Assembly (NCBI GenBank): GCA_002269645.1
Contig: NIVC01001310.1
Location: 124,001 to 188,000 of the forward strand
Source: Macrostomum lignano
Taxonomy: Eukaryota
Length of the DNA: 64,000 bases
Reading direction: 5' to 3'
In this document: positions 51,232-63,629 of the stretch, in pieces
How the letters are laid out: each line of letters starts with the position of its first letter
How positions within the stretch are numbered: the stretch's first letter is position 1
Program-made: the position numbers and the translations under genes
Notes under the pieces: model-generated
Databases searched by the model: none
What the model was told of the DNA's origin: nothing
The model's input: only the letters and a program-made list of their open reading frames with translations

Positions 51232-53100
51232 AAACCTGATTGAGAGGCTCACAATCCTGATCTAGAGCTCACAATCCTGATCTAGAGGCTTACAATCCTG
51301 ATCTAGAGGCTCACAATCCTGATCTAGAGGCTCACAATCCTGATCTAGAGGCTCACAATCCTGATCTAGAGGCTCACAATCCTGATATAGAGACTTACAA
51401 TCCTGATCTAGAGACTTACAATCCTGATCTAGAGACTTACAATCCTGATCTAGAGACTTACAATACTGATCAAGAACCTCACAATACTGATCTCAGCGAC
51501 TCACAATCCTGATCTAGAGACTCAATCCTGATCTAGAGACTTACAATCCTGATCTAGAGACTTACAATACTGATCTAGAGACTGACAATCCTGATCTAGA
51601 GACTTACAATACTGATCAAGAGCCTCACAATACTGATCTCAGAGACTCACAATCCTGATCTAGAGACTTACAATCCTGATATAGAGACTTACAATCCTGA
51701 TCTAGAGACTTACAATCCTGATCTAGAGACTCACAATCCTGATCTAGAGACTTACAATCCTGATCTAGAGACTCACAATCCTGATCTAGAGACTTACAAT
51801 CCTGATCTAGAGACTTACAATCCTGATCTAAAGACTTACAATCCTGATCTAGAGACTCACAATCCTGATCTAGAGACTTACAATCCTGATCTAGAGACTT
51901 GCAATCCTGATCTAGAAACTCAATCCTGATCTAGAGACTTACAATCCTGATCTAGAGACTTACAATCCTGATCTACAGACTGACAATCCTGATCTAGAGA
52001 CTTACAATCCTGATCTAGAGACTTACAATTCTGATCTAGAGACTTACAATCCTGATCTAGAGACTTACAATACTGATCAAGAGCCTCACAATACTGATCT
52101 CAGAGACTCACAATCCTGATCTAAAGACTTACAATACTGATCAAGAGCCTCACAATACTGATCTCAGAGACTCACAATCCTGATCTAGAGACTTACAATC
52201 CTGATCTAGAGACTTACAATTCTGATCTAGAGACTTACAATCCTGATCTAGAGACTTACAATACTGATCAAGAGCCTCACAATACTGATCTCAGAGACTC
52301 ACAATCCTGATCTAAAGACTTACAATACTGATCAAGAGCCTCACAATACTGATCTCAGAGACTCACAATCCTGATCTAAAGACTTACAATCCTGATCTAG
52401 AAACTCAATCCTGATCTAGAGACTTACAATCCTGATCTAGAGACTTACAATCCTGATCTAGAGACTTACAATCCTGATCTAGAGACTTACAATACTGATC
52501 TAGAGACTTACAATTCTGATCTAGAGACTTACAATCCTGATCTAGAGACTTACAATACTGATCAAGAACCTCACAATACTGATCTCAGCGACTCACAATC
52601 CTGATCTAGAGACTTACAATACTGATCTAGAGACTTACAATACTGATCAATAGCCTCACAATACTGATCTCAGAGACTCACAATCCTGATCTAAAGACTT
52701 ACAATCCTGATCTAGAAACTCAATCCTGATCTAGAGACTTACAATCCTGATCTAGAGACTTACAATACTGATCTAGAGACTTACAATACTGATCTAGAGA
52801 CTGACAATCCTGATCTAGAGACTTACAATACTGATCAAGAGCCTCACAATACTGATCTCAGAGACTCACAATCCTGATCTAGAGACTTACAATCCTGATA
52901 TAGAGACTTACAATCCTGATCTAGAGACTTACAATCCTGATCTAGAGACTCACAATCCTGATCTAGAGACTTACAATCCTGATCTAGAGACTCACAATCC
53001 TGATCTAGAGACTTACAATCCTGATCTAGAGACTTACAATCCTGATCTAAAGACTTACAATCCTGATCTAGAGACTCACAATCCTGATCTAGAGACTCAG
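51232..53100. repeat. 21-bp minisatellite ACAATCCTGATCTAGAGACTT, about 88 copies
   Basis: Direct reading; fills most of the BCS1-ACBD6 interval. Confidence 0.98.
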
Positions 53101-53178
53101 TAACAATAACACTCATAATATTTTTCTGAAAACTTAATTCTGACCTAATCTAGAAACAATCCTTTGTTTTCCAGCTGA

Positions 53179-54865
53179 ATGATGAGTAACCCTTTGGATT
53201 CCGAAGACGAAGATTCAATGGACAGTTGGTCGCCTTTAAAAAAAGAATTTCAAGCCGCTTCGCTGTTCGTTCGAAGCGCAACTGGCAACTTGAAGCCTGA
53301 CGAACTGCTGTATCTTTACGCCAGATATAAGCAGGTAATATTCTTCAGCTATAAAATGCGTTTTCTTCTACTTATGTTAGTAGGAAAAATGCATTTTTCA
53401 GTTTTAAACAGTTCAAAACTTTGAATCTTTAGGCTCTGGACGGACCTTGCAATATTCCGAGACCTGGATTTTTCGATTTTCAAGGCAAACAGAAATGGTA
53501 AGATTTTTTAAGGAGACTTTAGATAATAGATATCCAGTGATGCTTTTATACAAGTTTAATAAGTACTTTTAAATGGGTTTTTAGGCCCCGGAACAGTCTG
53601 AATGATATTTTAAATTTTTAGTAGTTTTTAAAAAACACGAGTTACCCGATGGAATCTAGTCTGAGTTTAGAGGTGTCCAATATCATAGATATTGACTGAG
53701 ATTAGAGATATTGACTGAGATTATAGATACCCAATATAGATATTGACTGAGATTAGAGATACCCAATGTAGATGTCCACTGAAATTAGAGATACCCAATA
53801 TAGATATCAACTGAGATTAGGGATACCCGGTGTAGATATCAACTGAGATTAAAGATACCCAATATAGATATCAACTGAGATTAGAGATACCAAATATAGA
53901 TATCAACTGAGATTAGAGATACCCAATAGAGATATCAACTGAGATTAGAGATACCAAATGTAGATATCAACTGAGATTAAAGATACCCAATATAGATATC
54001 AATTGAGATTAGAGATACCAAATGTAGATATCAACTGAGATTAGAGATACCAAATGTAGATATCAACTGAGATTAGAGATACCAAATGTAGATATCAACT
54101 GAGATTAGAGATACCAAATGTAGATATCAACTGAGATTAGAGATACTGATACAATAGTACTGAGACTTGATATATCCAATAGAAATCAGTTATTAGTTAT
54201 CAAGTGACGTAGCAACTAAAATTTATCAATATCAAAACAGGGACGCTTGGCACTCGTTGGGCCAAATGCCGACAGAAACGGCCATGTCAGAGTACGTAGC
54301 CTTTGTCAGCGATCGTTTTCCTGATTGGTCTTCTTCTGATAAAAAAGTTGGCAAAGGCAGCGGCGCTGGTGGTGCAGCATTTGGCGCCAGAGTCAGCACA
54401 ATGACGGCGCTAGGCAGTGTTGAAGGCGACAACGATGTTGAACATGACGATAAAATTGATAAAGAAATCTTGCAAGCTTTCACTTTGTTTAAATCAGACG
54501 GTTTAACCGAACGAGTTCGGGCACTGTTGAAAAGCAAGCCGGAATTGGCAAAATCTAGCGCAGACTCTGCTGGTCAGACTCTGTTGCATTGGGCAGCTGA
54601 TCGAGCTGATGAAGCAGCCTGTAGGGAATTGCTGAAGCTGGGATCTGATCCTAATAGACCGGACTGCGACGGTATGACTCCGTTGCACACAGCCGTAGCC
54701 TCTACACGATCAATCGAATCCGTTAAGACTGTAGTCGCATTGTTGCTGGCTTCTGGTGGACAATTCGACATCTCAGTTGAGGACGAGTCTGAGACCGTCA
54801 AGCCTGAGGATCTAACTGATAATGCCGAGATTTTGGCTCTGTTGTGGCAAGCTGCAGTTGGTTAA
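53179..54865 (+). CDS. ACBD6: Acyl-CoA-binding domain + ankyrin repeat protein, about 281 aa, 3 exons
   Basis: Exons 53179-53334, 53433-53497 and 54241-54865. ACB domain [33 protein letters not shown], then ankyrins GQTLLHWAADR and GMTPLHTA. Confidence 0.93.
53685..54146. repeat. 32-bp minisatellite (AGATATCAACTGAGATTAGAGATACC...), ACBD6 intron 2
   Basis: Direct reading; 32-bp spacing. Confidence 0.93.
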
Positions 54866-55365
54866 ACTACTTATAAATACATAAAAAATTTTCACTTAGT
54901 AACTTTTCCAGGCTGATCGTGTCTATGGTTCTGGAGGCAGGCATTCAATGAAATTTCGTCTGGAATTTCGCATAGTCTATGGTCCAAGCAGTGTTCAGTT
55001 CGACGGAGTGTGATTTCTAAGAAACAAAAATTAACAATTTGTTGGCAACCAAACGGTTCGTGTGGAGTAACCTTAATAACAAAACTAATTGTCACTTTGG
55101 AAGTTCGGTTAAACAGTTAGTCTCTAGAAAAACTACTGTTTACCTATACCATTTGAGTCAATCTTCATGTACGTCCGCAATTCCCCCCCCCCCCTCCAGA
55201 AGAATTCGCGCAAAATCTCTGTTTAGCTCTTCTAGATAACGACTTGTTAATTCAGAAGTAACCCACGCTGGCTCTTACGTTGATAGTCAAAGACATTTGA
55301 TCAGGCAGATTGCTTCAGTTTATGATTCTTCGGACGTAGTAAGCAGACTTTTGTATCGCTTTCGA

Positions 55366-56088
55366 TGATCTAAATGGGAATTTGGACAATCAAAACGGGA
55401 CGCCATATGCATTCAAGCCAGGCCACAAACTCGGGCTGCTTGGGACTACACAACCAATCAACCATATAATGTAGAATGGACAATCAATATGGGGAAAAGC
55501 CATTCAAAACGGGAATTCGCCCAATTTAGTGTTTTTTATATCCCAGGGCCACTGGAATATTTAAAAGTGAACAATTCAGACATTTTTTAGCGTCAGGAAA
55601 GAATTTTCATAAAGTTTCTCAACCAAGAATTCTCTCATTTCCTGATCGGCCTTGCACAATCCTTCTTTCGGACCACCGCGAGGAAGAGATTCCACTCTGC
55701 CATCGAGTCGAAAGCTGGCAGCGCTTTGAAAGGCGGTTGTTTTCTTGATTTTCAGGATTCTTGCAGCTCCTGTAATGTATGACCTTTGTTCAATCGCATT
55801 AGTCAGCCGCTGGCGATCTGCTACAGGAATTGGTGGCGCCATTGAATGGGGTCGAGCAAACAGGGGAGGGAGGGACAGAGAGCTGTAAAATCTCAGTCCG
55901 ATTCCCGTTTTGAATGGCTTTCTCCGATATTGAATGTCCAAAGTTATAGTCTATGGCCAAGCCTCCCTCAGTAGACTTTGCTAAACTGCTTCAGTCCATG
56001 ACCATGACTAGGGTGTGTGTGATCTGTGGCCTGGCTTGAATGTCTATGGCGTTCCGTTTTGATTGTCCGAATTCCCATTTAGACCGTC
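55366..56088 (-). mobile_element. Internally deleted IS630/Tc1-mariner-like element retaining an N-terminal HTH ORF (55842-55576)
   Basis: About 60-bp TIRs (TCTAAATGGGAATTTGGACAATCAAAACGGG... / ...CCGTTTTGATTGTCCGAATTCCCATTTAGA) plus inner inverted repeats at about 55480-55515 and 55900-55940. ORF MAPPIPVADRQRL...AARILKIKKTTA...GRVESLPRGG...EMREFLVE..ENSFLTL; no DDE domain. Confidence 0.72.
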
Positions 56089-57277
56089 ATAAGTGATAAC
56101 AAAGCTCTGTATCGTCACTTCCCTAGATAAAAGCAAACAAGTGTTTCTCCAGAACCTTCTTGTGAAATTAAGTCTATGGCTCAACTCTTTCCCCATCAGC
56201 GAATCAAAGACAGACTTGACCATAGACATTCTCTGCTCAACTCCAACTCCAAAGACACAAGTAACTAACTAAAGCAGCTAGATGAATATTGAAAAAAAAT
56301 TGAAGTTTGCTTTTAAAAACTTGTGCTACAAATTATTTTTGTGTTAACTTGTAGACAAAAAGATTAGGTTTCATATTGTTATATACAAACTTTTCAGTTT
56401 TGTAATGACGCAAGCAAGTTTTAACGGAATGTTTTTCTACTCCGTGTGGAGATTCTTTAAATCTTGAAACTATTGACTGTTAAGAGTTGTGAGAAAATAT
56501 ATAAAAAGTTTTCAATTTAAAAAAATTATGCATTGCTTCAAGGTTATATACAGTTTTACAAGGGTATTATTTAACGATGAGTTAACAATAGATAGTGCAA
56601 AATATAATGAAAATTTGCAGTCGCATTTTATTCTGAATTCTACTGTTAGTTACTGTTGTTATATTTTCAAGTCTTTCCTTATTTGCGTTACTTGTATATT
56701 AATTTAATTGACTAATAAGTTTGAATTAAAAATATACGAGCGTACTTTAAAGTTACTTACTACTTGCGCAGATAGTCTTATTGTTGCTGTTTCTGTTTTG
56801 AATTCAGTGTAGCTTAATTTATATATCTTTAGCGTCAATATTTATATATTTCTTTTTCCCCGTTTTCGTCAGTGCGCTTGTTCGAGTTCAAGTTCAAGTG
56901 GGCCATCGCACCCAAGTTCGAGTCCAAGTTCGTGCTGCAGTGGATAACTATCAGTGGTTTATAATAGTGTTAGCAATTTACACAACTGATAATGATTGTT
57001 GCTGTCTGAAGCTAGCTACTCTAACTGCGAGTACCTTAGGAGCGCCTTGAGTGAGATAGCAGTTTGATAACAGTTTGATAAAATGTTTCCAGACCATTTT
57101 TTCATTTTTCAAAGTCTTTAAATTGGCGCCCTCTGCCTTTTGCTCTTTTGCTTGATGCAAGACTCGATACGGAGACGGCTTAAAATTTGTCGGACAATTT
57201 TGACCGAACTTGAGTTCGGCGAATAGTTCATTATAATAAACAGTCAGCTTCTCTGTGGTATTTAGATCAGCCACAAG

Positions 57278-58921
57278 ATGCACCGGTCGTCATTAGAAAA
57301 CGCCAGGCGAAGCAACGGCAGTTTAAACGTACTCGAAGACGCTCGTCGGCGTCGAAAGTTTCTACACGACAAGCAGTCGATTCTGGAGCTGTTGGATTCA
57401 CAGCTGACTGGCTTGATTGACAGAGCGTCAACGGAGCTTGAGACGTCATTGGTAGATGCACCTGCGAGTTCAGAAACCGCTCGCATGACGTCACTAGACT
57501 CCTTAGCCGCTCTCGACGCCAATATTAGTTACCAGGCTAAAAATAATCGTCAAGGCAAGAATGATGACAATTTGTCAGTTGAACAGCGTCTGCCTCCGAA
57601 AACCTTTCACTTGCGCAATAGTCTACTAACTGAGCTGTTTGAACTGGCGCATTTTCGCAGTTTGCAAAACATCTTCATTGCAATAATGTCGCTGTTCTGT
57701 TTAAACACGCTTATCTCGGACGTTCTAGAAGGTAAATCCTTGATTGACACATTCTCCTTGTCGCTAGTGTTCTGGGCATTCGGTCGGCTATCCGACGCTA
57801 TAGCAATCTGGCTGTTGATGCACGCGGCTGCTTTGCTAGTTTTTTATCCGGCTTTTCACTACTATGTAAGCATTGCTGGCACTAAAGGTCATAGTCGGAT
57901 TAGTAAGTCTATGTGGATGATTGCTTACTCAGTTTATCAGCTATGGTTTCTAGTGCAGCCGATTCGTATGGTTCTGCAGTTTGAATTGCTGCCCGCCTCT
58001 GCTCTAATAGTACTAACCGAACAGGCTCGCCTAATGATGAAGGTTCACGCTTTCCTTTGGGAGAATGCACGTCGTGGTTACTATTCGTCGACTGGTAGTT
58101 GTAGCGCAACCGCTTCTGATAGTTCTTCGTCAACTGCTAGTCTGACGCCTCGTTGTCCTAGCTTCGGTCGGTTCTTGTACTTTTTATTCGCCCCAACTCT
58201 GGTTTATCGGGATAATTATCCGCGAACTGATCACATCCGATGGAACTACGTGGCCTCTAATCTTGGTCAAGTTGTTGCCGGAATATTCTTTGTCTACCTG
58301 TTGGTGCTTCGCTACTATCGACCAGTGTTTAGCCATTGGCGTAGGCCCAGTCTGGCTCATTTTGTTCGCACAGCATTCCAATCGGCTCTACCTGGCGGCC
58401 TAGTACTGCTAATCACATTCTTCACTGTTCTGCACTCGTGGATGAACGCTTTCGCGGAAATGCTTACATTTGGCGATAGACAGTTTTACTGCGATTGGTG
58501 GAATGCTACGTCGTTTAGAACTTGGTACCGAACTTGGAATACCGTTGTACACGATTGGCTATACGCCTATGTGTATCGCGAGATCTGCATGCTGCTTGGA
58601 TACGAATATCGTCTGTTAGCAACCGTCTGCGTGTTCCTCCTGTCGGCCATCTTCCACGAAATTGTAATTTCCTTCGGTTTAGGCTTCTTCTTTCCGGCAT
58701 TATTTGTCTCATTTTGCAGTTTCGGATTTGCGCTAATGTTTGCCAACGGTCGTTCCCGTTTCTGGGCTGTATTTGTCTGGGTTTGCCTGTTTCTTGGCAC
58801 AGGCGTGCTGATGTGTCTGTACAGCATGGAGTGGTATGCAAGACGGAATTGTCCTACTAAGTATGCGGACAGGCCGCTGCTTGATTTTCTAATCCCAAGG
58901 TCATTTACGTGTGTCGTGTAG
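57278..58921 (+). CDS. SOAT1: Sterol O-acyltransferase (ACAT/SOAT, MBOAT family), 547 aa, single coding exon
   Basis: FLFAPTLVYRDNYPR, WMNAFAEMLTFGDRQFYCDWWN, WNTVVHDWLY, SAIFHE (catalytic His). Confidence 0.95.
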   Translation: MHRSSLENARRSNGSLNVLEDARRRRKFLHDKQSILELLDSQLTGLIDRASTELETSLVDAPASSETARMTSLDSLAALDANISYQAKNNRQGKNDDNLSVEQRLPPKTFHLRNSLLTELFELAHFRSLQNIFIAIMSLFCLNTLISDVLEGKSLIDTFSLSLVFWAFGRLSDAIAIWLLMHAAALLVFYPAFHYYVSIAGTKGHSRISKSMWMIAYSVYQLWFLVQPIRMVLQFELLPASALIVLTEQARLMMKVHAFLWENARRGYYSSTGSCSATASDSSSSTASLTPRCPSFGRFLYFLFAPTLVYRDNYPRTDHIRWNYVASNLGQVVAGIFFVYLLVLRYYRPVFSHWRRPSLAHFVRTAFQSALPGGLVLLITFFTVLHSWMNAFAEMLTFGDRQFYCDWWNATSFRTWYRTWNTVVHDWLYAYVYREICMLLGYEYRLLATVCVFLLSAIFHEIVISFGLGFFFPALFVSFCSFGFALMFANGRSRFWAVFVWVCLFLGTGVLMCLYSMEWYARRNCPTKYADRPLLDFLIPRSFTCVV

Positions 58922-59030
58922 CTAACGGACTATGCTGTTGTTGTTTCTTAGACAGCTAATGTAGCCTTAAGACTTGATTGTTAGAGAACCACATTATAGC
59001 AAAGTTATTGCACTGTATCATGCTCTAAGT

Positions 59031-59466
59031 GGGGGGTCGGCAAATTTTATTTTATTTTTTATTTCAAAGGCCAGATAAATAATCTAGCTCATGACTGCGG
59101 GGCAGGTACAGTTAATTAAGGAGATAGGAGAGGAGAGAGGAGAGGCGAGAGAGGAAATAAAAGTGAAGAGAAGAGAGGCGAGATGAGATAGAGAGAAGAA
59201 ATAAGAGCATAGACGAGATAAGTGAGATGAGAGATAAATGAGTTAAATGATAGAGAATAGAAGAAAGAGAATATAAGATGAGAGATGAGATGAAAGAAAG
59301 AGATTAGAGGATAAAAGTTATATGAGGAGAGATTAGATGAGAGATGGAGAGAAGAGATAATATAAGAAAGAGAGAAGAGAACTGGAAAGAGACAAAAACC
59401 TTGAGCGGACCGGATTGCTATTTTAAAGTTTTAAAGGACCCGAGGGCCAAAATTTGCCGATCCCTC
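59031..59466 (+). mobile_element. hAT-like MITE copy 2
   Basis: GGGGTCGGCAAATTTT...AAAATTTGCCGATCCCT; AG-rich interior and an AAACCTTRAGC...GATTGCTATT block shared with 47122-47485. Confidence 0.7.
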
Positions 59467-59895
59467 TCTAATAAATCATCTAAAAATTTATATATTGGTG
59501 TAATATTCAATTTTTTATCATAAAAACGCAATTTTTTGGCTGTGTCTCTAAAGACTTTTAGGTGTTTTTTAAAGACTCGATCAACATTTCCATGTCATTA
59601 GATTATTTCCTATTCCTATTGTTTAGCTTGTTAACAACTTTTTTGTTTGAAAACCAACTTTTTTACTATCGCACTTATGTGCAGTCCTTCGTGTTTTTTA
59701 GTCCTCACACACGGTAAGGGCAATATAATAAAGTGCAAATCGCAAGGCAAATTTTCATTTAGCAAATTACGAGGATGCGCATGTAGTTCCTGTAATAATC
59801 GAAATAAATAACACTTTGTTTAATGTCTGTCAGTGTCGAACTGACGATTAACGATCAAAGACATCGAACTAATGCGTTAGTAAATACACTAAAGT

Positions 59896-60229
59896 GGAGC
59901 CGTAGCCCAGTGGTCAAGCGGCGGTGCTCTGATGTGCCAGCGGCCCAGGCTCGATTCCCAGTGCAGTCACATTAATTTGAGGCTGAATTGGAATCTCCGC
60001 TTGGCTCTGCTCGTGCAATTAACGGCCTTGAGGGCCAACCCCCAAAGCGCAGTGAAGTGTACATGCCTAACGATAAATGAGTGTGTGCCTGTGCGTGTGA
60101 CTGCGTACGCATCCGCGCGCTTGTGTGCCTGCTCAGGGGAGTCGGCGGAATGGGCAGTAATGCCTCTCGCCGGTTGTGTGACAATGTCGCTTATAGTGCG
60201 CCAGGGTGCTCACAGCGCCTGCCTCTAAA
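59896..60229 (+). mobile_element. tRNA-derived SINE copy 3
   Basis: A box TAGCCCAGTGG (59903-59913), B box GGCTCGATTCC (59948-59958), same body, ends GCCTCTAAA. Confidence 0.9.
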
Positions 60230-61292
60230 CTAGAATAAAATATTAGGAACTTCTTTGCTGTTTCAAGTTCTGGAAAAATAACTACTTAACACCCTGTATA
60301 CATGTAATTAAAGTAAACTATTTCGACTTGAAGTAATTTTTAAATGTAACTCAAACTAAAAAAGAAGCATTTTATTTTTCTAGCAGAGGAACAAAGCTGT
60401 TTGCTATTTTGTCAAAGACGAATGTCGTTAGTCTTACTGTTTACTGTTTATTGAATATTTTTCTATTTAGATTTCTTTATCTACTACTGTTTCCATATAA
60501 TCAGAAAAAATTAGCAGACGTCAAGACAGTTCAATCATGTAAGCTAGCACAGAAATTTTGTCATGCTTTTCCTGCACTATTTTTTATTCATAACGTTATT
60601 GTAAAGAATCTTGATAAAGTTGTACCAATTCGTTTTTTATACCAATTTGATATTTTCTATGCTAATGCACTTTTTTTTCAATTTGGCATCCCTGTGAATG
60701 CTTTAAAATGCTTCCTGAGTAGTTTACATTGCTAATATTGTTATTAGTACTTCGGTTGAAGAAATTGAAACTGAACAGAAAAAAAACAGTTTAGAAGTAT
60801 TATTTAACAAAAAGTCACTCATTTGCAGCGAACCAATTTTTTACTTGTGTAGTTAAGTGCACTGCAGTTACAAGTTTACTGTATATTTAAGCTTCTATTT
60901 AAGGTAATGCACTGTATTCTTAATTTGCTTGTAACTCAGCAGCATTATTGCAAAGCTAAGCAGCTGATATATTTGAGCATTAATAAAAATTGGTTATTTT
61001 TTGCAATGTTTACAAATACCCGAAAACAATATTTGGCCTTTTAAATTTTACGTTTACTTAGAGTTCGTCTACTCATACCAGTAGAAAGTAGAACATTTTA
61101 CTGAATTTTTGTAGCGGAAGATTAAAAATGACGCAATTCTTTTTATTATCTATGGCTCGTAAGTCGCGAAAGCAGCTAATTTTTTTTAATTTGAAATTCA
61201 TATTTCAGAGCTTCGAGCACAGCTAATCTGTAAAAAAAGCAACTTGAATCTATCAGCTTCAAAGCTAATAAATCAAAAAAATTTCTTGTACA

Positions 61293-63535
61293 ATGTCGTC
61301 AGCTGCCGACCGACAAGAGCAATACGACAGCCTATATTTGTCCATACTGCAGCGTGAGGGCACTCTGCCGGCTTTCTTTGACAGTCTGTTCAGCTTTTTA
61401 ATGCGTCGGACTGATTATTATTATCAGCTGACTGAGAACGGGCCAAGAGATCGCGGCTTCCCACCTGGTGCCGCCTTCGATATGGTTAAGCAGTCGTTTA
61501 AGAAGCACGAGGCCTTGTTCAAGTGAGTGAGAGCTGGCTTGAGGTGTAAGAGAAAATGATTTAGTGAGGGTGGAAAAGGTTAGATGGATGGATGAAAGGG
61601 GGTAGATTGGAGGAGAGAAAGGGGGTAGATGGAGGAGAGAAAGGGGGTAGATGGAGGAGAGAAAGGGGGTAGATGGAGGAGAGAAAGAAGGTAAATTGGA
61701 GTGGAAAAGGGGAAGATTGAAGGAGTGAAAAGGGCAGATTGGAGTAGAATAGAGAGAGGGTAGATTAAAGGATAGAAAAAGAGTAGATTAGAGGAGAGAA
61801 AGGGGTAGATTGGAGCAGAGACGGGGTAGATTGGAAGAGAAAAGGGTAGATTGGAGGAGAGAAGAAGGTAGATTGGAATAGAGGAGGTAGATTGGAGGAG
61901 AGAAAAGGTAGATTGGAAGAGAGAAGGAGGTCGATTGGAAGAGAAGGGGTAGATTGGAAGAGAGAAGTGTAGATTAGAGGAGAGAAGGGGGTAGATTAGA
62001 TCAGTGTGAGGAGATGAGGGAATGCAGTGACAAGGAAGCGCATCTTTTCCATTGCGCACTTTCCAAATTTGAATTATTTCGCCATTCTAACCTTTCATTC
62101 GTCTCTCCGACTGAAGACGAGCTCACGAGGCTAAGCAACAGCAGCAGCAACAGCAGCAGCCACAGCAGCCAATTCCTAAGTCCTCCAGCGCCTCTGCTGC
62201 ATCCCAGTCGACAGTTTCTAAGAAACCCGAACAGCCGCCGGACGAGAAGAAGCCGACAGCCAGTTCAACTGTAATTAACAAAGCCACAGGTGAGTTGGCC
62301 TACTCAGCCGATCCAGAGTGCTACAACGGCGCTGCCAGGGATGGCTACAGTTGGAGCCAGAGCATCACCGAGCTGGACATTCGAGTTAACGTCGATCGTT
62401 CGCTGGCCAGCAAAGGCTCCGATGTTCGCGTGAATGTCGGTAGGAAATCGTTGAGGGTCGATTGTCGCAGCGGCGGTGGAGCTCGGGACTTCTCAACCGT
62501 GTTGGATCGGCAGCTGTCCCACGAGGTTCGAGCTGAGGAGGCCGTCTGGTCTCTGGTGCCTAGCGACGGCGTGGTGCAGGTGAGCGAGCTGGAGTCCCAG
62601 TGCCTGTCTCAGTGTCTGTATGAGTGTCCGTCTGAGTGTCTCTTAGTGTCTGTCTCAGTGTCTGTCTCAGTGCCCGTCTTAGATTCTGTCCTAGTGTCTG
62701 TCCTAATGTCTGTCTTAGTGTCTTTCTTAGTGTTTGCTTCAGTGCCTGCCTTAGTGCTTGCTCAGTGTCTGCTTTTGTGTCCGTCTCAGTGTCTACCTTA
62801 GTGCCTGTCGCAGTGTCTACCTTAGTGCCTGTCTCAGTGTCTACCTTAGTGCCTGTCTCAGTGTCTGCTTTTGTGTCCGTCTCAGTGTCTACCTTAGTGC
62901 CTGTCGCAGTGTCTACCTTAGTGCCTGTCTCAGTGTCTACCTTAGGGCCTGTCTCAGTGTCTGCTTTTATGTCCGTCTCACTGTCTACCTTCGTGTCTGC
63001 CTTAGTGCCTGTCTCAGTGTCTGTCTTGGTGTCTGTCACAGCATGTCTGTCTCAATGCCTTGACTGTCTTAGTGTCTGTCTTACTCTTAGTGCCTGTCTC
63101 AGCTTCTACTTTAGTGTTTATTTTACTATCGTTCTGCGTTACTGTCTATCTGTCGTAGCTCGTAGTGCCTGAGTCTGTCAAAATTGAATTCCATAATTGC
63201 CCCCCCCCTTGCAGATCAGCCTAGAGAAAGTGCAGGAACGCTGGTGGGACTGCTGCTTCACTGGGGAAGAGAAAATCAATACCAGAGAGATCGACTGCTC
63301 GCGTCCTATGTCCGACTTAGACGAGGAGGCCCAAGCTAAAATCGACCAGATGATGTTCGACCAGCGCCAGAAGCAGATGGGCCTGCCAACTAGCGAAGAA
63401 GCAAAAACTTTGGACCTGTTGCGCAAAGCCTGGGACGCCGAAGGCTCGCCATTCAAGGGGACTCCGTTTGATCCGAGCGTGATTTCTAACCAGATGCCCG
63501 CTGATCTGTTGAAACAGCAGCAGCAGCAGCAGTAA
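61293..63535 (+). CDS. NUDCD3: NudC domain-containing protein 3, about 337 aa, 3 exons
   Basis: Exons 61293-61522, 62117-62579 and 63215-63535. NudC N-terminus FFDSLFSFLMRRTD..GFPPG, CS domain YNGAARDGYSWSQSITE, C-terminus EEAQAKIDQMMFDQRQKQMGLPTS..LLRKAWDAEGSPFKG. Confidence 0.93.
61585..62000. repeat. Purine-rich degenerate array (GGTAGATTGGAGGAGAGAAA-like), NUDCD3 intron 1
   Basis: Direct reading. Confidence 0.88.
62600..63110. repeat. Degenerate about 24-bp array (CTTAGTGCCTGTCTCAGTGTCTAC), NUDCD3 intron 2
   Basis: Direct reading. Confidence 0.88.
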
Positions 63536-63629
63536 CATCCAGTACAGTTATTGATCAAATTCAACCTCTAATTTGCTTGTTACTGCATCGATTTATTTAT
63601 ATTACTATTGATAGCTGGGTAAATTGGTA

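Noticed and set aside
53179-54865. Functional link between ACBD6 (a known NMT partner) and the myristoylated RING ORF
   Set aside because: They are about 50 kb apart and the ORF is on a mobile element; the proximity is coincidental.
62286-62296. Donor-like ACAG|GTGAG inside NUDCD3 exon 2
   Set aside because: The frame stays open through to the conserved CS domain; no nearby acceptor is needed.
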